A DNA stretch of 63,741 nt, filler included, from Reticulomyxa filosa (GCA_000512085.1; 12 parts of 12 records of this genome joined end to end with filler, not necessarily neighbours in it), one strand, 5' to 3'. Numbered from the whole stretch's first letter, positions 1 through 14,257 are shown. Numbers and translations: made by a program. Notes: generated by a model not told the origin, from the letters alone.

Positions 1-677
1 TTGTTCAAGTTCAAAACAAAGTTTTTTTTTTCAAAGAAGGAAAAAAAAAAAAAAAAAATAAGAAACCTCTAATTCACTGGTAAGCAGTTTATGGATTTTG
101 CCAGTACAATCACTGCAGAGAGGAAAATCGATTTGCAATTCTCCACTTACAATTTGGTTGATCTTTATATAATATTCAAAAAAAAAAAAGTGACATATTT
201 TACTTTTGTCAAGCTGTCCACTTCGCTTGTTTGATTGCTTTGTATTGTAACTTTTTCCAACAAATTGAACTGCTTTTGCAACGGATGAACCGCTTCTTGC
301 TTTGTCGATTCTGGTGGCGGCTCAGTTGTTTTCGCTTCCAATTCTCCTACAAAATGCGCAGATGAACCCACTTTTATAGTTGCGTTAATCCCAAACATCA
401 CACATTCACTCTACTTACAATAAGGCCAGTCCATATACGAGGTCCGACTTAAACAACACACATCTACAACAAACAACTATACAAACCTCCTGTTTGCTCT
501 CCTTCCACAACCACAAACGATTTTTTCTAATAATTGGTCGATATCATGTTTCGCGGAGGCAAATGTCTGTTGAAACTGTTGCCAGTCTTCTTCCTCGATG
601 TTACTACAATCATATTCTATCAATCTATTGCATTCTTTACAAGCATAACGCTTAATATTGATATTCTCTTGACTCAT
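1..677 (-). CDS. BECN1: Beclin-1/Atg6/Vps30 homolog, 5' part (multi-exon, runs off window start)
   Basis: Exon 1 has YACKECNRL (Beclin N-terminal CxxC). A hand-translated exon at ~67-162, not in the ORF track, reads INQIVSGELQIDFPLCSDCTGKIHKLLTSELE, matching the Beclin motif [24 protein letters not shown]. Middle splice sites are uncertain. Confidence 0.8.
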
Positions 678-939
678 TTAACTATTATCTTTAAAGGAAA
701 AAGTTAAAAGTCAATTTTTTTAAAAAACCTGTCTCACTGACACAAACAATGACCTCCAGAAGAATATAAATTCTGTTTTATTAAGTGTAATTGACACAGA
801 CAGGAGCAAATACGTTTCTAAAAAATGGGAATATGGACAGGCAGTACAGTATGAAAAGATGTGCCTTGTGAAAGAAATAAAGTGAAGAATTTTTTCGTTA
901 CCCCAAAAAAAAACATTATCGCTTCAAAAATTAAAAAGA

Positions 940-1368
940 ATGAGTTGGGAAAATTATTGCCAAGCAGTGAATGAATTGGGGTTTAGTAAAGTGACAATAA
1001 TTAATAAAGCGACTTACCATCCAGTTGGACACGCACCACGAGACGCAGTTGCAACGGCGTATGAGGACGGGAATATAAAAGTGAATGAAAATCAAGAATT
1101 AGCAGACAACTGGAAATCAAGTAAACGAACAACATTTCGCTTTTACGGATCGAAGTTCACTGTTATTAAACGAGACGAAGTAAATGGGAAGTGGTTAATT
1201 GGAGAACGAGAAAATGGGTTTATTCTTGCGAAAGAGTTTAAGTCAGTATGGTTCGTTGTTTATGCTAGAAGGAAATCTGAAAAATCGAAATTGGGGTTTT
1301 ATTCTGGCCTTGAAGCTTATACTACAATTAACAAAGGGCTGTGGAGCACTTTAGAAGAGGAAATTTAA
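940..1368 (+). CDS. Profilin-like protein (divergent)
   Basis: 142 aa and intronless. It has the MSWxxY start, FRFYGSKFTVIK (profilin 'xGxKYxV' strand), hydrophobic strand WFVVY and a C-terminal helix. Size is typical of profilin. Confidence 0.65.
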   Translation: MSWENYCQAVNELGFSKVTIINKATYHPVGHAPRDAVATAYEDGNIKVNENQELADNWKSSKRTTFRFYGSKFTVIKRDEVNGKWLIGERENGFILAKEFKSVWFVVYARRKSEKSKLGFYSGLEAYTTINKGLWSTLEEEI

Positions 1369-2029
1369 GTGTTGGCATTTAAAAAAATTCTAGGCGTGCA
1401 GTCTGTAAAAATTCAATTTTTTTTTGTTGTATCCTTTTTTTTCTGGAGTTACTTTTTCTGCCATTTTTGTCGTTGTGGTAGAATTACTGTAAGAAAATGA
1501 GCAAATGCCTTTGAAAAATAGTGTTTTCTCTGCACCAATACAAACGCAAATTTGAATTTCCAATAAAAGATTTTCTTTGCTGCTATAAATTTGCACCAGA
1601 GAATTGTCAAGTAAATCTTCAGTACTTTATATCAAGCTGCAAAAATTCTTGCAAAACTAAAATCGTGTCATAACTCATTTAAATCGATATTCATCAAAGT
1701 CCAAATCGGACAATAGTTTACGTTGAAACTGGGATCACAAAAACTCGTAAATTTCTGCAAAAGAATATCTTTGAAAATGGTTTTGAATGTGAATTTGAAC
1801 TAAAATTTTTATCAAGTAATGTTGCTAATTGAAAACGAAGAAAAGAAAGAATAAATTCTTTCTTCTAGCTGCTAGTTGAAAGAATGTATTTTTTAACAAA
1901 ATAATATACAAATAAGAAAATTTGAAGAAACAATTCAAAATTTACGATCACAATTACAAATCGAAAGATTACAAAAAGTTTTGTTAATAGTTACGAAAAA
2001 GATCATAAATATTAAAATTAATTAATCAA

Positions 2030-2760
2030 ATTTTATATTATTTGTAAGTACAATTTCATCAAATTTACTTTTCAATTCTTTATCTTTTTTCATTTGATAT
2101 ATTTTTAAATTAATAATATTTTTCTTTAACATATTTATTATTTCAATATTCTCCAATAAATTGTATTTAAATTTTTCATTTTGTCATGCATTTAAACAAT
2201 ATAAAAATAAATAAATATAACAGTATACAACGTGTATTTATTTGACATCGTATACTGAATTTTAATTGTAGCATATACTGATCCAGAACATAATATTACT
2301 ACATTCAGCGATATTTATTGTTGATATGATATATTCAACAGACAATACAATATTGTTATGTCTATAAAACCTTTAAATTGTTTACTACTTCTGATATTTT
2401 ACAAACGGAAAATCGTATCACTTGGTCCAGATAATACTGTATTATGTAGATTATTTCTTAAATATTTTAAACTTCTTAGTCTACGATAATGTCTTCTTAA
2501 AACACATAACTACTTCAATTTTCAACATCCCATATACAAATAGCGTTATCAAATGATCAGGGACATAAATATTTTCATTATTAAATGATGAAGATTTAAT
2601 GCCACAAACTGAATTACTATTTTTAAGCATACTAAATTGTAATTATTTTTAAATTACAAAAACAGATTGTGTTGTCTTCAGATGAAAGGAAAATAATATT
2701 TCGTTGGAGTATAAATTATATTTGTCATTATTAATGTCAAATAGCTTCTATAAATTTATA
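2030..2760 (-). pseudogene. Decayed WD40-repeat gene
   Basis: Fragments KYLCP*SFDNAICIWDVE, VLSGPSDTIFRL*NIRSSKQ and HNNIVLSVEY are interrupted by stops and frameshifts. Boundaries approximate. Confidence 0.65.
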
Positions 2761-5198
2761 CTAAAATGTACGTTTACGTTATAATTAGATCAAATAATAA
2801 CATGAACACATAAATAATATCTATTAAAATTGCAAAAGATTAAGACGATTTGGTTGGCAATTTGACTTTGCATTTGTCCAATGTTCACTTTTATGGAATA
2901 TTTATAAACATTATATATATATCTTTTTTTTATTGTTATCACTAACTCCAAATAAAATATGAAATGTGTTGATATTTTTTTTAATGAGATAAAATTTTTA
3001 TATGATGAGTAATTACACTACAAAATCTTTTCTATGTCGTTGTCAGACAAAAATGTGATAACAATGTCCAATAAAAAACATGTCTGCAACACAATTTACT
3101 AATTTACTAATTTACTAACTTACTACAAAAGTTGTAACACAATTTGTGAGGAAAAACGTAATTTTCGACAGTGATTTAGGTATAAAATTATTTATAATAT
3201 GTATATGTATATAATTTTTTGAAGTTGAAAATTAAATTAAAAATAGTTATCCATTTAATCTTGTGTAAATTACTTAAGCTGTTTTTATTTTTATGCGAAC
3301 GCCAACTAAATATCATTTGGTTGATGATTTTTAAGATAGAATAAACGCAGACGATTATTCAATCTAACAAAAAAGAATAATAATAGACATTGAATTTCTT
3401 ATTTAATGATATTCACATATAAATTTTTCAAAAAAGAAATATTAATTGAATATTCAATTTCATTTTTTAAATATAAGAAAGGAAAAAATTTAAAATTAAA
3501 ATTAAGGATTCGACAAATAATATTTTCTGAATCCTGAATTTTTTTTAACAATGAATCTATTAGTAAAAAAATGACTTTAAGGATACGTATATTGTTCTTG
3601 TATTACCGAATAATCAAAATGATAAAATAAAACAATTGTTCATCAATTTTTTATAAAATGATGAGCTGTATTATTGACAAGAATTTTTTTTCAAAAACTT
3701 TTTTTACAAAATTTCTAAAATTAAACTTTAGTATTACAATTTTACTAACATGTAAAATTATTGTTAAATGTTAATATAGCTAACTTTTATCACCAAACAT
3801 TGTTGTCGTTTGAATACAATTTAATTGCTACAAGAAATAATAAAGTTTTTAAATCATTTTATTGAATGAAAAAAACAATTCATATCTAAAATTGACATCA
3901 TTGAAAAAAAAATGAATTTGCATGAGAACATACGGACACCAAAAGTTTTTTAAAAATGTTCAAAACAAAAAAACTTAAAAAAACTTTTTTATTTAAAACT
4001 AGTACTGAATACTGACAACTTTTTCAATTTACAACAACTTACACTAATTTGTTCTAAAAGAATTAATTTTTCATACTTTTTCTTTGGTAAATCGTGCAAA
4101 TTACTTTTTATGAATTTTTTGCTTGTTTGTTTGATTGAATGTGAATTAATCAGTATCAATATTGTGTGCAATGATTTAGTATCAGAATGGTTGTCATTTA
4201 ATTGAATCTAAAATAATTATTTGGATAATCATAATTAATTAATTAAATCGAATTTTAAAAAAATTTGTATTTATTTTGTTAAAAAAAAGTTTAACTAAAT
4301 TGTTTAATTTATTTGACAGCTTTTTTATATAAAAAACTGTTTTTTGAAATTAATGCAATGAGTAACTAAAGTAATATCATATGGTTATAAGTGGAAACAC
4401 CACTTAAACTAATTTACAACTTTTTTTTTCCATCACAACATTTGCAAAAAAAAGGGATTTGAACACATGAATTGTTATTGTCCATGATCTTGGCAAAATT
4501 GTTAATCGATAATAAGATTGAACATAGACATACAGAGACTGTCATTAATTTTAGGAAAATAGTTCAAGTGGTAGCAACGAGAGTTACTAAGTTCATGAAA
4601 ACAATGCACATACAAAGTTTACACAAGTACCAATGAACACTGATAGCTATGGAGTGAAAATTTTGTTGTGTTAAATCTTTCAATACGAAAATAAAAAATT
4701 AAATGGCATGAACAGAATAAGTGATGAAAGCAGCGCTGGAAAATTGTTTGATATGAGCAGACATATACCACCTGATCTGATAGGCAGTTGGCATTGCATA
4801 TATTGGACTTATGTCAAGTGCACGAAGAGTGGCTTTGAAACTGTGTATGAACAGCCTGATGCCCTTCAAATCAAAGATTAGTAAAAAAAAAAAATTATTC
4901 CCGGATTGCCGACGAAAGACTCCGTAGAAAAGTAACTTTAAACATTAAAAAGCGCTATCCTGACAATTTTTTTTAAAATAAATCATTACGAAAATGACTG
5001 AGTGTCATCAATTTTTTGATCAAAGCCAATAATTCAATGAATATACGATTGTACATATCGTATGATAGATTGTTATTGGAACTATGTTGAACTAATCCAG
5101 CATATTATGTACTTTACGTATCATAATGTTTAGTTCAATAAAAAATGATAAAGCAACTCAAATCGAAAGCAATCTTATTTCATTTCTTCATCAAAAGA

Positions 5199-5298
5199 NN
5201 NNNNNNNNNNNNNNNNNNNNNNNNNNNNNNNNNNNNNNNNNNTTAATTAATTAANNNNNNNNNNNNNNNNNNNNNNNNNNNNNNNNNNNNNNNNNNNN
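5199..5298. other. Artificial contig linker
   Basis: 44 N + TTAATTAATTAA + 44 N. Confidence 0.98.
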
Positions 5299-7262
5299 AT
5301 TTTTGTTTTGAGCAAGTATTTGAAAAAACAGTTTGGGTGGCAATGCCGTGGGTGAGTCAATGTTGTGCATTTGTGACAAATGTTTCAACAGCAAGTGATG
5401 ATCCGCATACTGCTCATTGCAAAACGTGCACTGCCATGTATTCATGTTTGAATTGTTACCAAGATCATTCATTAGATTACAACTGTCATTGCAAATTGGC
5501 TCCTGAAATTCGTTTTTGAAGCTCCCGTCGTAATTGATCATATCTTTTATACACGAAAAAACAAAAGCACACACATACATATATGTATATATAACCGAAT
5601 AATGGCCATTAAAAAAATGTGTTTCCAATTGGAAACTTTACTTGATGGCCAAGTTTGATAGGGGAATTGTGGCATACTGGTAATATCATTCAGAATTGGC
5701 CAACATGCTAATGCAGACTTGTGCACACCGTTCATGTGTTCGACACATACACTACGATTATTGCTTAAAAAGCTACAATAGAAACAGCGATATACGACCG
5801 AAGGGACAAGAAAGGATTGCGTCGTGCCATGTGCCAACTTATCACTTTCGCAAGAGTTGAATAACATATCTCCATCACCAGCATTTCTATTGGAACTACC
5901 TGCAGGATTCGACGGAAAATGGAATGTTGTTTTCAATACTGTTAATCGTAGCAATAGTTCTTGCCGATGTGCTTTGGAATTGATCCTTTTTTTTTTTTTT
6001 TTTTTTAAAGATATACGTAGTATGCAAAAAAAAAAAAAAAATTAGCAACGTATACGTATGTAAATTATACACAAAAATATTGATATTCAAAAAAGAAAAT
6101 GCTCCCTCCACTCTCTCTCTCTCTCCTCTTACCTAAAGATTGCAAAATGCAATCGTCTAGCTGTTCCAGTAAACAGCCATTGATTCCAGAACGAGCAAAC
6201 TCAGTGAGGTAAGAGTTCCCAATGGGAAATGACATAAGCCATTTCAAGACATCACTGACATGCCAATCCTGCAATGACGTGGGACTCGAGATGTTGTTAC
6301 TGTTGCTGTCGTTCACATTCGGAGTCGCGCATGTACCACTACTGCCAATGCCAATTCCAGTGCTGTTACTTATACTGTCCAATGGATGGTGATAGATGGC
6401 AGGCGAGCTTTTCTTCATCAACGCCGTAACAATAGAGGGGCTTGGAATGAGTGGGCCACTGTTGATTAAGCCCATCAAAGAAGGGAACTCGTTAGGAAGT
6501 TGTTGAAACCTTTCCAAAGTTTTCTGAAAACGTTCGAAATCCTTGGCAAAGTGTTTCTCATTTTTTTCAGTGGTAATGATTGGGTCTATTGACACGGATG
6601 TCACTGCTTTCTTTTTCTCCTCTTCGTTTTGGTTGCTCAAACTTAAATGGCTTGATGTCTTCGTACTTACTTCTGTTTTCATCTTGGTCGCTTCATTTGG
6701 AATCACAACGGAAGAATAGGTATTATTGTACGTCTGTCCCAACATCTAATCATTATTTTTTTTTTTTTTTCATTGTTTTTACTGTTTGCTTTGATAAAAC
6801 AAACTTTTCTTTTTTTTTATTTCAAAAGTCGGAACATAACGTTAGGATCGGAAAGATAGACATTTTTGTAAGGCAAATCCGTTATTCGTACATTGCACGT
6901 TTGAGAATACGTGGCCAGGTTCGGACGTTTTTTGAAATATCGCTTTCTTTTCTCGCCAATCTTTTGGTCGTTTGTACTGTTTTTATGTCAGTTTTTTATT
7001 ATTATCATTTCATTATAACGCAAAAAAAAAAAAGAATTGCTTACCCAAAAAAGCAGTCCTCATCAAAGACGCTGTTTTCATGCTCAAGCTTAATTGGCTC
7101 CGTATGTGGTTTAGTTTCTCGATATCCGGTCAGACGTTGTGGTGACAAACCGGGTTGCAGTTTTTGCTTTTTAGTGGGACGAATTGGTATATATGTAGCG
7201 TTGATCATTATGTTCAAGTTCTCTTTGTCTTCTCTTACGCCCATTCGGTTCTTCAAATCCAT
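5299..7262 (-). CDS. SAM-domain + C2H2 zinc-finger protein (multi-exon, 3' truncated)
   Basis: SAM: DWHVSDVLKWL...YLTEFARSGINGCLLEQLDDCILQSLG. C2H2 fingers: YRCFYCSFLSNNRSVCVEHMNGVH and WQCTFCNEQYADHHLLLKHLSQMH. GT-AG introns lie between the ORF pieces. Confidence 0.75.
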
Positions 7263-7731
7263 ATCTTCGACTATTCGTTCTGTGCACTATGTGCAACATG
7301 TGTTTGGTTTTTTTTTAGTTGCCAAGACGTTTGGTTCGTTCGTTTGTCGTACTCAAAAACAAACAAAAAGAGAAAGAGAAAGAATTGCAACTACAAACCA
7401 GCATTTTGACCTTATTCGCTTTTAAAGTTCACGTGATTTTGTCAAAAAATCAAAACAAAACAATGAATGGGGAATTGAGTTAAAGTTTTTTTTTGTACAA
7501 AGGTTGTACTAATTGTGTAGTCATTGAAGCTATGAATTGTGAAAAACAGTGTTAAGACTGAGTTTTCTTTAGCCATGTCAAATTGGTTAATTATTTATTC
7601 GAAATAAAGCAAATGAGAAAAAACAAAATTTGGTTAAACAAATACAGATTTATGTCATTTTTATCACAGGAACCATTGAAATTAAGTCAGTTGATCATCA
7701 AAAAAAAAAACGCAAATAGACAACATAAAAA

Positions 7732-10083
7732 TCATTCTTGATCGTTATCTTCGTCATCAAGTAATTTGTTCTTCTTTTTCTTTTTCTTTTTCTTAGTATT
7801 TGTTGTGACTACAGTAGTAACTGCCGGATTGACGCTTGCTGTAATATTTGTATTGATAATAAGTGTGAACAACAAACATAACAGAAAAATAAACATGAAG
7901 GGACATAGCATGTTTGAAACACAATGAAAAGTAGACACATTACCAAAAGATTTGGAAGCGTTTGGATTGGAATGGGTGAATGCATCGGCATCATCGATGT
8001 TTGTACTTGTAGTTTTTTCTCTTTCTTGTGAAAAGTCGATGGGATCATAGCGTCCGCCAATTTCACGGTTATTCATTCCCGACGTCCCAAAGTCACTTTG
8101 GCTGGCATCATCCTTGGTGGGAAGATTTCCATCATTGAACTCACTATCAACCCCCAAGTCCTGTTCATCCAGTTTCTCCGCATTCATACGATGATAGTCT
8201 CCGTTGAACTTGAAAATGAAACATAACAAAAGAGACAAATTCCACACATAGAAATAGCCAGTAAAGTTCAAAAGTCTATCTTTGTCAGATGAGCCGTAAT
8301 GCTTGCCTGATTAACATTTATTGTCAACAAAGCAACACACACAAAAAAAAAATAGTCAAACCAAGCAAAAGGAGTGTATTAGAAAAAAAAAACCTTATTA
8401 GTGTTCTCTCTTCGCCCCCCCTTTTTTTTTTTTTTAATGCTAATGTTAAAATAAAAAGATGCTTACCATTGTTAGTATCAGGCAAGAACGACCCCCATAT
8501 CAAGACATAAACAACTCCGACTAAATTACCAACGGCCATTAATATACCATTGCTCAGCTCTTCATTGACCGGGAATGTAGATTCGGCCGTGCATTCGAAT
8601 GACACTGCAATCAAAGGAACAGCGAAAAACCCAAACAGCCCAAACAGCACGCATACAACGACCTCATTGTTGGGCTTCAATTCGTATTCCAAAAGGCATG
8701 CAACTACGCACGTCAACACTGTGAACGAGCGCAATATCTCTTTGTATTTGTGGGTTGTGTCCATCAGTAGTCCGGCCAAAATAGCGCCAAGGATACCTTT
8801 AAACATACACACAGGTATGTACTGTACATTTTTATACATATGTACATATTAAATAAAGTATGTATGTGTATACATTAAATGGAGAAAGCATTTCTTCAAA
8901 CAAGCAAACAAAAAAAAAAATAATAATAATAAAAAAAATAAAAATAAAAAACCTCCTCCAATAAGCAGCCCGCCAAAATATCCGGCCATGTTGGACGAAT
9001 ATTGACCCATGGCACTTGTATACTGATTAATCAAAGTGGTCATGGCATTGAAAACGCCCAAGCCAATGCCAAAGCCACACGCCAAAAAAAGAAATTGGGG
9101 TCGGACATTAGGGTTCGGAGGTCTCGTCGAAGCTGCTCACCATGACTTGTATTCAAGTCTCGACGGGACTCTTTCAGCCTTTGACTCATCGACGGGGGTT
9201 TAGGTGGCTTGTCGAAATGAAACAACACACTCAACACAAAGCCGCTCCCTCCGAGAATTATTTGCAAAAGCAAAAATTGACCAAAGTTACTCGACGTATC
9301 GCTCACAAAGAATGTGGGCAACACACTTCCAACTCCGATCCCAATGGCATTCACTATCGATAACAATGCTGTTGCTATGTCTCTTCCCTCTTTCGAAAAC
9401 CATTCCGACGCTATACGTGCTGCGCTGTTGGTATAAAAACCTTGAACGATTCCTGCCAGCGATGAGCCTTTCCAAATTTTTATTCATTTTATTTCGGTAG
9501 TGTGTATGTTTTTATTTTATTTGTTTTTTTTTAGAATTAATGGAAGGGGGGGGGGAGGAGGTAGGGGAGAAAAAAAAAGGGGTCACGTATACATACGTGT
9601 GTGTGTTGAGCTTTTAACCAGACACTAGCCAAAAATATGCAACATTGTGATTCGATTGAAACGTGCTAACCGTTGACAACCATCGAAGTACTGTGCCAAT
9701 GCCTTGTACAAATGCTGCAAAAATAAAGGCTTTTCGCAGCCCAAATTTGTTAAACATATAACTGCACAACAGTGACGATGGTATATACAATATCATAAAT
9801 ACTAGCGACAGAACATTTATTGCTTCTTGAGATTGTCCATAGTAACTTTTTTTTTGTTGTTTGTCGGCGCTCGTATAATTTCGTTTTGTATTTTTTTTAA
9901 ATTACAGCACACATAAAAAATAAATTTGGTTACTAACTCAGCCGACGTGCTTTGGATCGGGGCAAAAGAAATCCATATTATAGCATTCACCATATTGTTG
10001 AATGCAAACACGAGGCAAACTAGATACCGACGTTTATACGTCTGTACCAGTTGGCTTTTTGACAATCTTTTTTCGTCTAACAT
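7732..10083 (-). CDS. MFS transporter, SLC49/FLVCR-like family (multi-exon)
   Basis: YKRRYLVCLVFAFNNMVNAIIWISFAPI, DKPPKPPS and FECTAESTFPVNEELSNGIL are characteristic of FLVCR/DIRC2/MFSD7. Many hydrophobic TM segments. Confidence 0.85.
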
Positions 10084-11253
10084 TTTAGTTTCTATACATT
10101 AATTTTAAAGAAGATTTGACACAAGTCCCGCCTGAACCACAAAAAACTGATTTTTTCACTTAAGCAACAAAAATTTCTTTCGATAGAAAACAAAAAATTT
10201 TATTTAAAGTCATTTTTTAAAATAGCCCAAATAAATTTGTTGTACATAAACACTCCAAATAAAATAAATGATTAAATTTTTTAGTTTCATTATTTCAATC
10301 AAATTTTAAATATAATAAGCTAATTTTTCAAGTATTTAGTTTTCACATCATAAATTTTAATTAGTAATTGTAAAAATCATTGAAACAATTTTTAAAAATT
10401 TTTTAAAGTAATAGTTTTTTATCTTTTGAGTCATTTGGAAATATGGCTTGAGTTTTTTATTACGCTAATATTTTATAGATTTCCAAATATGCGAAAAGGA
10501 CATATTTCGTATTTCTTCTGTTGTTAGTTTGTAAGACGCAAATCAATACTAACAAAAAACTGTCATAGCTGTAAAAGAATATTCTAAATTAGGGAAACAT
10601 TTAATATGAACATGCACTTATGTTGATTGAATTTGCAACTAAAAGAAATAAAATGTGCATTATTAAAAAAGTTTTCTGATTAAACACCAATTAATTTATT
10701 TAAAATTGACAGATCGAATGTGTCGAAAAAAATTATTATATCGTCATCAAATGATTTGTTTGTTTTTTATTTAAAAAATGTCTTAAGACAGTCTTAATTT
10801 CGTTGATGTATTATTTCCTTTTAGAAAACTCCTTACCATGTTCTAATTATTTTCCCAATTTTAGATTGACATCAAAGCGTTTTTGAAACACAAAAATTGT
10901 TTAAAGTGGATCATCTAGTTCGTCGATTTTGTGAAATGAATTTAAAATTTGTTTATGATCATAATACAAATAAATAGAAATATGTTTGATTGGTGAGATA
11001 TCCATGTTTATAGATACAACAATTCGTTTGGAGAAATAATTTTTCGTCACACCAAAAACTGCCAAAAGATCAATCTAAGGTGGGTCACAAAAAGAAAGCA
11101 TACTATTTTAACAACAAAAATAAAATTATTATCAACCCGCCATCTTAATTTTAACACGGATCAACACACAAACGCGCATCATAATCAAAACTACGTTTTA
11201 TTCAAAGTTAAGACAATTAAAAAAACCCATCTAAAAAAAGAAAGAAAACGAAA

Positions 11254-12413
11254 TTAAAATAACGAAAACAAAGTCAAAGACAGAGCAATAATGAGACCGC
11301 CAAAAGCAAAGTGTGATGCTGCGGCCTTTCGCTCAGTAGCTGCTGTCGTGTTATAATGCGGTTCCGCCGTAGTTGATGACACTGAAGACCCAATTACGCA
11401 GCTGTCCATCTTCGACACACAGAAATATGTTATATAAAATTATAAACAATATAAAAATAACATGATAATAATAATAAAAAAGAAACAAAAGAGGAAAATA
11501 AAGACTTACTTTTCCATAAATTTTGTAATTGAAAAATTTGGCAACATAGGTGCAAGTGGAAGGAGAAAAATACCACTTATCACAATACAGATTTGGATTG
11601 CAGTCAGTGTTTGGTGACTCTGGTGAAGAGCTCGAAGAGAATGTTTCGTTTTCCAAGGGTGTCACAATCAAGTCTAAATAAAGTTGAACCAACGCTTCTT
11701 CGTTATTGCAATAAAATCTAAAACAAGACATACAAAAATGTTGCTCAAAAACAAAAAAAAAAAGCCACTTTTGTTCTCCACCCCCTTTTTTTTTTTTTTT
11801 TGCAAAAACATGCTGTCCGTTAAAGGTGACACTAAGATGTTAACTTAGTCAGTAATTGCCCATTACTTGTACAGCCACCTAATCCGGCATATACTGTTTG
11901 AGTTTGATTACAATTTGCATTTGCACTCACAGTAAGTTTGACATAATCATCACTGCCCGTGCATTCAAAATAACCAGTCGTTCCCTCTTCACTGTCACCT
12001 TCAGACCAGGACTCAGCCACTGTTCCTGACTGTGTACATCGTGAATCATTGTATTCCTATGTCATGTTTAAAGTTGTATACGTTTTATAAGTGATATTTG
12101 TTCTCGTTTTTTAATTATCTTTTTTATTTGTTTGTTTTGATTTTCCAATTTGCTCAACTCTTTTTATTACTTTCCAAACACCATCAGATTGACTGCATGT
12201 ATACTTATACCATGAACCAGTGGAAAATATATTTGTTGCTGTGCACTTGTTGAACGCATAAGTAAAGGACAGCGTTTCAGTAAACCAGTCAATCACATAA
12301 TTGCTTTTGTTTGTTAGTTGCTCAGGCACGACCCCAAGCAGTGGACATGTAATAAATTGCGCCTTTGCGAAAAGGCCCACAAATAAACAGATCACTGAAA
12401 TGGTTTTTGACAT
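11254..12413 (-). CDS. Cys-rich secreted / probable GPI-anchored surface protein
   Basis: Signal peptide MSKTISVICLFVGLFAKAQ, spaced cysteines, S/T-rich spacer and hydrophobic C-terminus ...ASHFAFGGLIIALSLTLFSLF*. Several introns. Confidence 0.7.
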
Positions 12414-12984
12414 TATTTTCTTATTATTCGGGTTTTTACAAAAAGACAAATGAAACTAATAAGTGTTTAAAAAAATTCCACTTCAAAAAAAGTTAAAATG
12501 TTTAAGAAAAAACGTGTCGCAACTCAAAAGTCAGCTCATAAACTCAAAAACAGCTAACTAAAATTTACTGGATTAGTTATGTAAAAGTGTGCATAAATTA
12601 TTTTCATCAACTATTTCCTAAATTTTATTCCACTTGTACATGTCTTATTGTGGATATAACACTAATTCTCCAACAGAAGTGTAAAGTATATAAATAACTG
12701 ACGAATTTCCAACAGTTTTAACATTTTAGAGTATTCAAATGATTTAGGAGAGATCAAACTTTTGTGATAGTTTCAATTTCTGTTGGTATTTTGATATCGA
12801 AGTTTGCAAAATACTTTTATTTATTGGGAGAATGGTGAAATAATAAAATGACAAAGTGTATTTTATTTTGCCGAGAGTGAGAAAAAAAGTAGTAAAAAAC
12901 TGATTTGGAAAAGTAATATTGATCAAACTGTGTAAAAAATCTACAAATGTTTGTAACAATAAGAAGCAAGGTAACCATGAACAT

Positions 12985-13824
12985 TTAACATTGATTCCTG
13001 CTTTTAAGTGCATCAACAAATTGTTCATAAAACCCTTTGTCTGTATCACCTTCGTGTTGTTCATAAGTGGCATTGGAAGATTTGAGCATGGTCCAATAGA
13101 TGACATTATATCTCTCTCCACGAAGTAACTCAGAGACACAATGATAGATATTGCCATGATGCAAGATTCCGTAGCCAATTTGGTGCGTTGCCTCAACTAA
13201 TTTTATCGAAGAAGAAAGCGGGTCACGTGTTGACAATTGCTCCATTGGTGGTGGTGTGGCTTTGTTGCTGTCGTAGTTTTCATAGAAGCAAACCTTTGAT
13301 CCTTCAAAGCCGCTTTTACCGACGCAAATATTAAGCGTCAAATCACTGTCGTCAATGTGTGCTTTCAGACATTTATCTTTGAGACGTGAGTATTTGATCA
13401 TGTAAAGATAGTGCATTCCGTCCATATCTTCCGATAAGTCCGTTGACTCATTGAGAAATAAATACAATATCATCGGTCTAAAAATTGATTTGTATACGTG
13501 TGACAATATGTCATAGCCAAAGTTTTTTGGAATTATACCATCTCTCGTAATTCCATTTGGCAAAATATTTTGCTTTTCATTTTTATCCACTTTTCGTTTA
13601 CAATCATCCATAAAATCGCATAAAAAATTACAGTACTTCTCACTGAACAGTGGGACTTGATAGACGTGATGACTCAGCTCCACTACAATTTTTTTCAGCA
13701 ATTGTTTGTCGAACTTTACCTCATTTGAGGGGAGATCAGTCTTCACAATAGCCTGGAACAATAAAGGATGGACAACATTTTCAAACTTATGATCAAAATT
13801 TTCTATTTTTTTTTCTTCTGACAT
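12985..13824 (-). CDS. 2OG-Fe(II) dioxygenase, OGFOD2/lysyl-hydroxylase-C-terminus-like
   Basis: HxD motif KAHIDDSDLTLNIC, GFEGS, distal His in GILHHGNIYH and 2OG-binding Arg in GERYNVIYW. ATG start taken at 13824. Confidence 0.8.
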   Translation of the reverse strand: MSEEKKIENFDHKFENVVHPLLFQAIVKTDLPSNEVKFDKQLLKKIVVELSHHVYQVPLFSEKYCNFLCDFMDDCKRKVDKNEKQNILPNGITRDGIIPKNFGYDILSHVYKSIFRPMILYLFLNESTDLSEDMDGMHYLYMIKYSRLKDKCLKAHIDDSDLTLNICVGKSGFEGSKVCFYENYDSNKATPPPMEQLSTRDPLSSSIKLVEATHQIGYGILHHGNIYHCVSELLRGERYNVIYWTMLKSSNATYEQHEGDTDKGFYEQFVDALKSRNQC

Positions 13825-14071
13825 TGAGGATTGAGTTCTCCGCCAAAAAAAAACCTCGGAGCTGTCCTCGCCAAGGCTTTTGTTTTGTTGGGTTTGCAAA
13901 AAATTACAATGGCACTAACAGTATAAGGGTAACGAGTATTTTCATTGTCTTGTTAAACAATGAAAAGTTTTGTCAACTTGCTCAAATCATATCTTAAAAA
14001 ACAAGCTTGTGTGGGTTCAAACAGTATTTACAAATGAAGAAAAAAAGTTTCAAATGAAGAAAAAAAGGAAA

Positions 14072-14216
14072 TTAATCTTGATCAATTGGTATAGCAAATC
14101 GGTCACTCTGAAACGAATGTTGATCATCGCTTAATTTAACATAAATAAGTGAGTCTCTAATAATGACTTGATGAGTTCGTTGTGTATTTTTTGTTAATAC
14201 ATATTGTTGTTGCTGT

Positions 14217-14257
<41 letters not shown>

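Noticed and set aside
720-850. Cluster of TGACA/GACAG words in the divergent promoter
   Set aside because: Short words expected often by chance, and enrichment cannot be shown without counting.
4400-4990. Slightly GC-richer stretch that could be a gene remnant
   Set aside because: Stops in all frames and no recognisable motif.
5251-5300. ORFs ending in X-runs or 'LIN'
   Set aside because: Translation through the artificial linkers.
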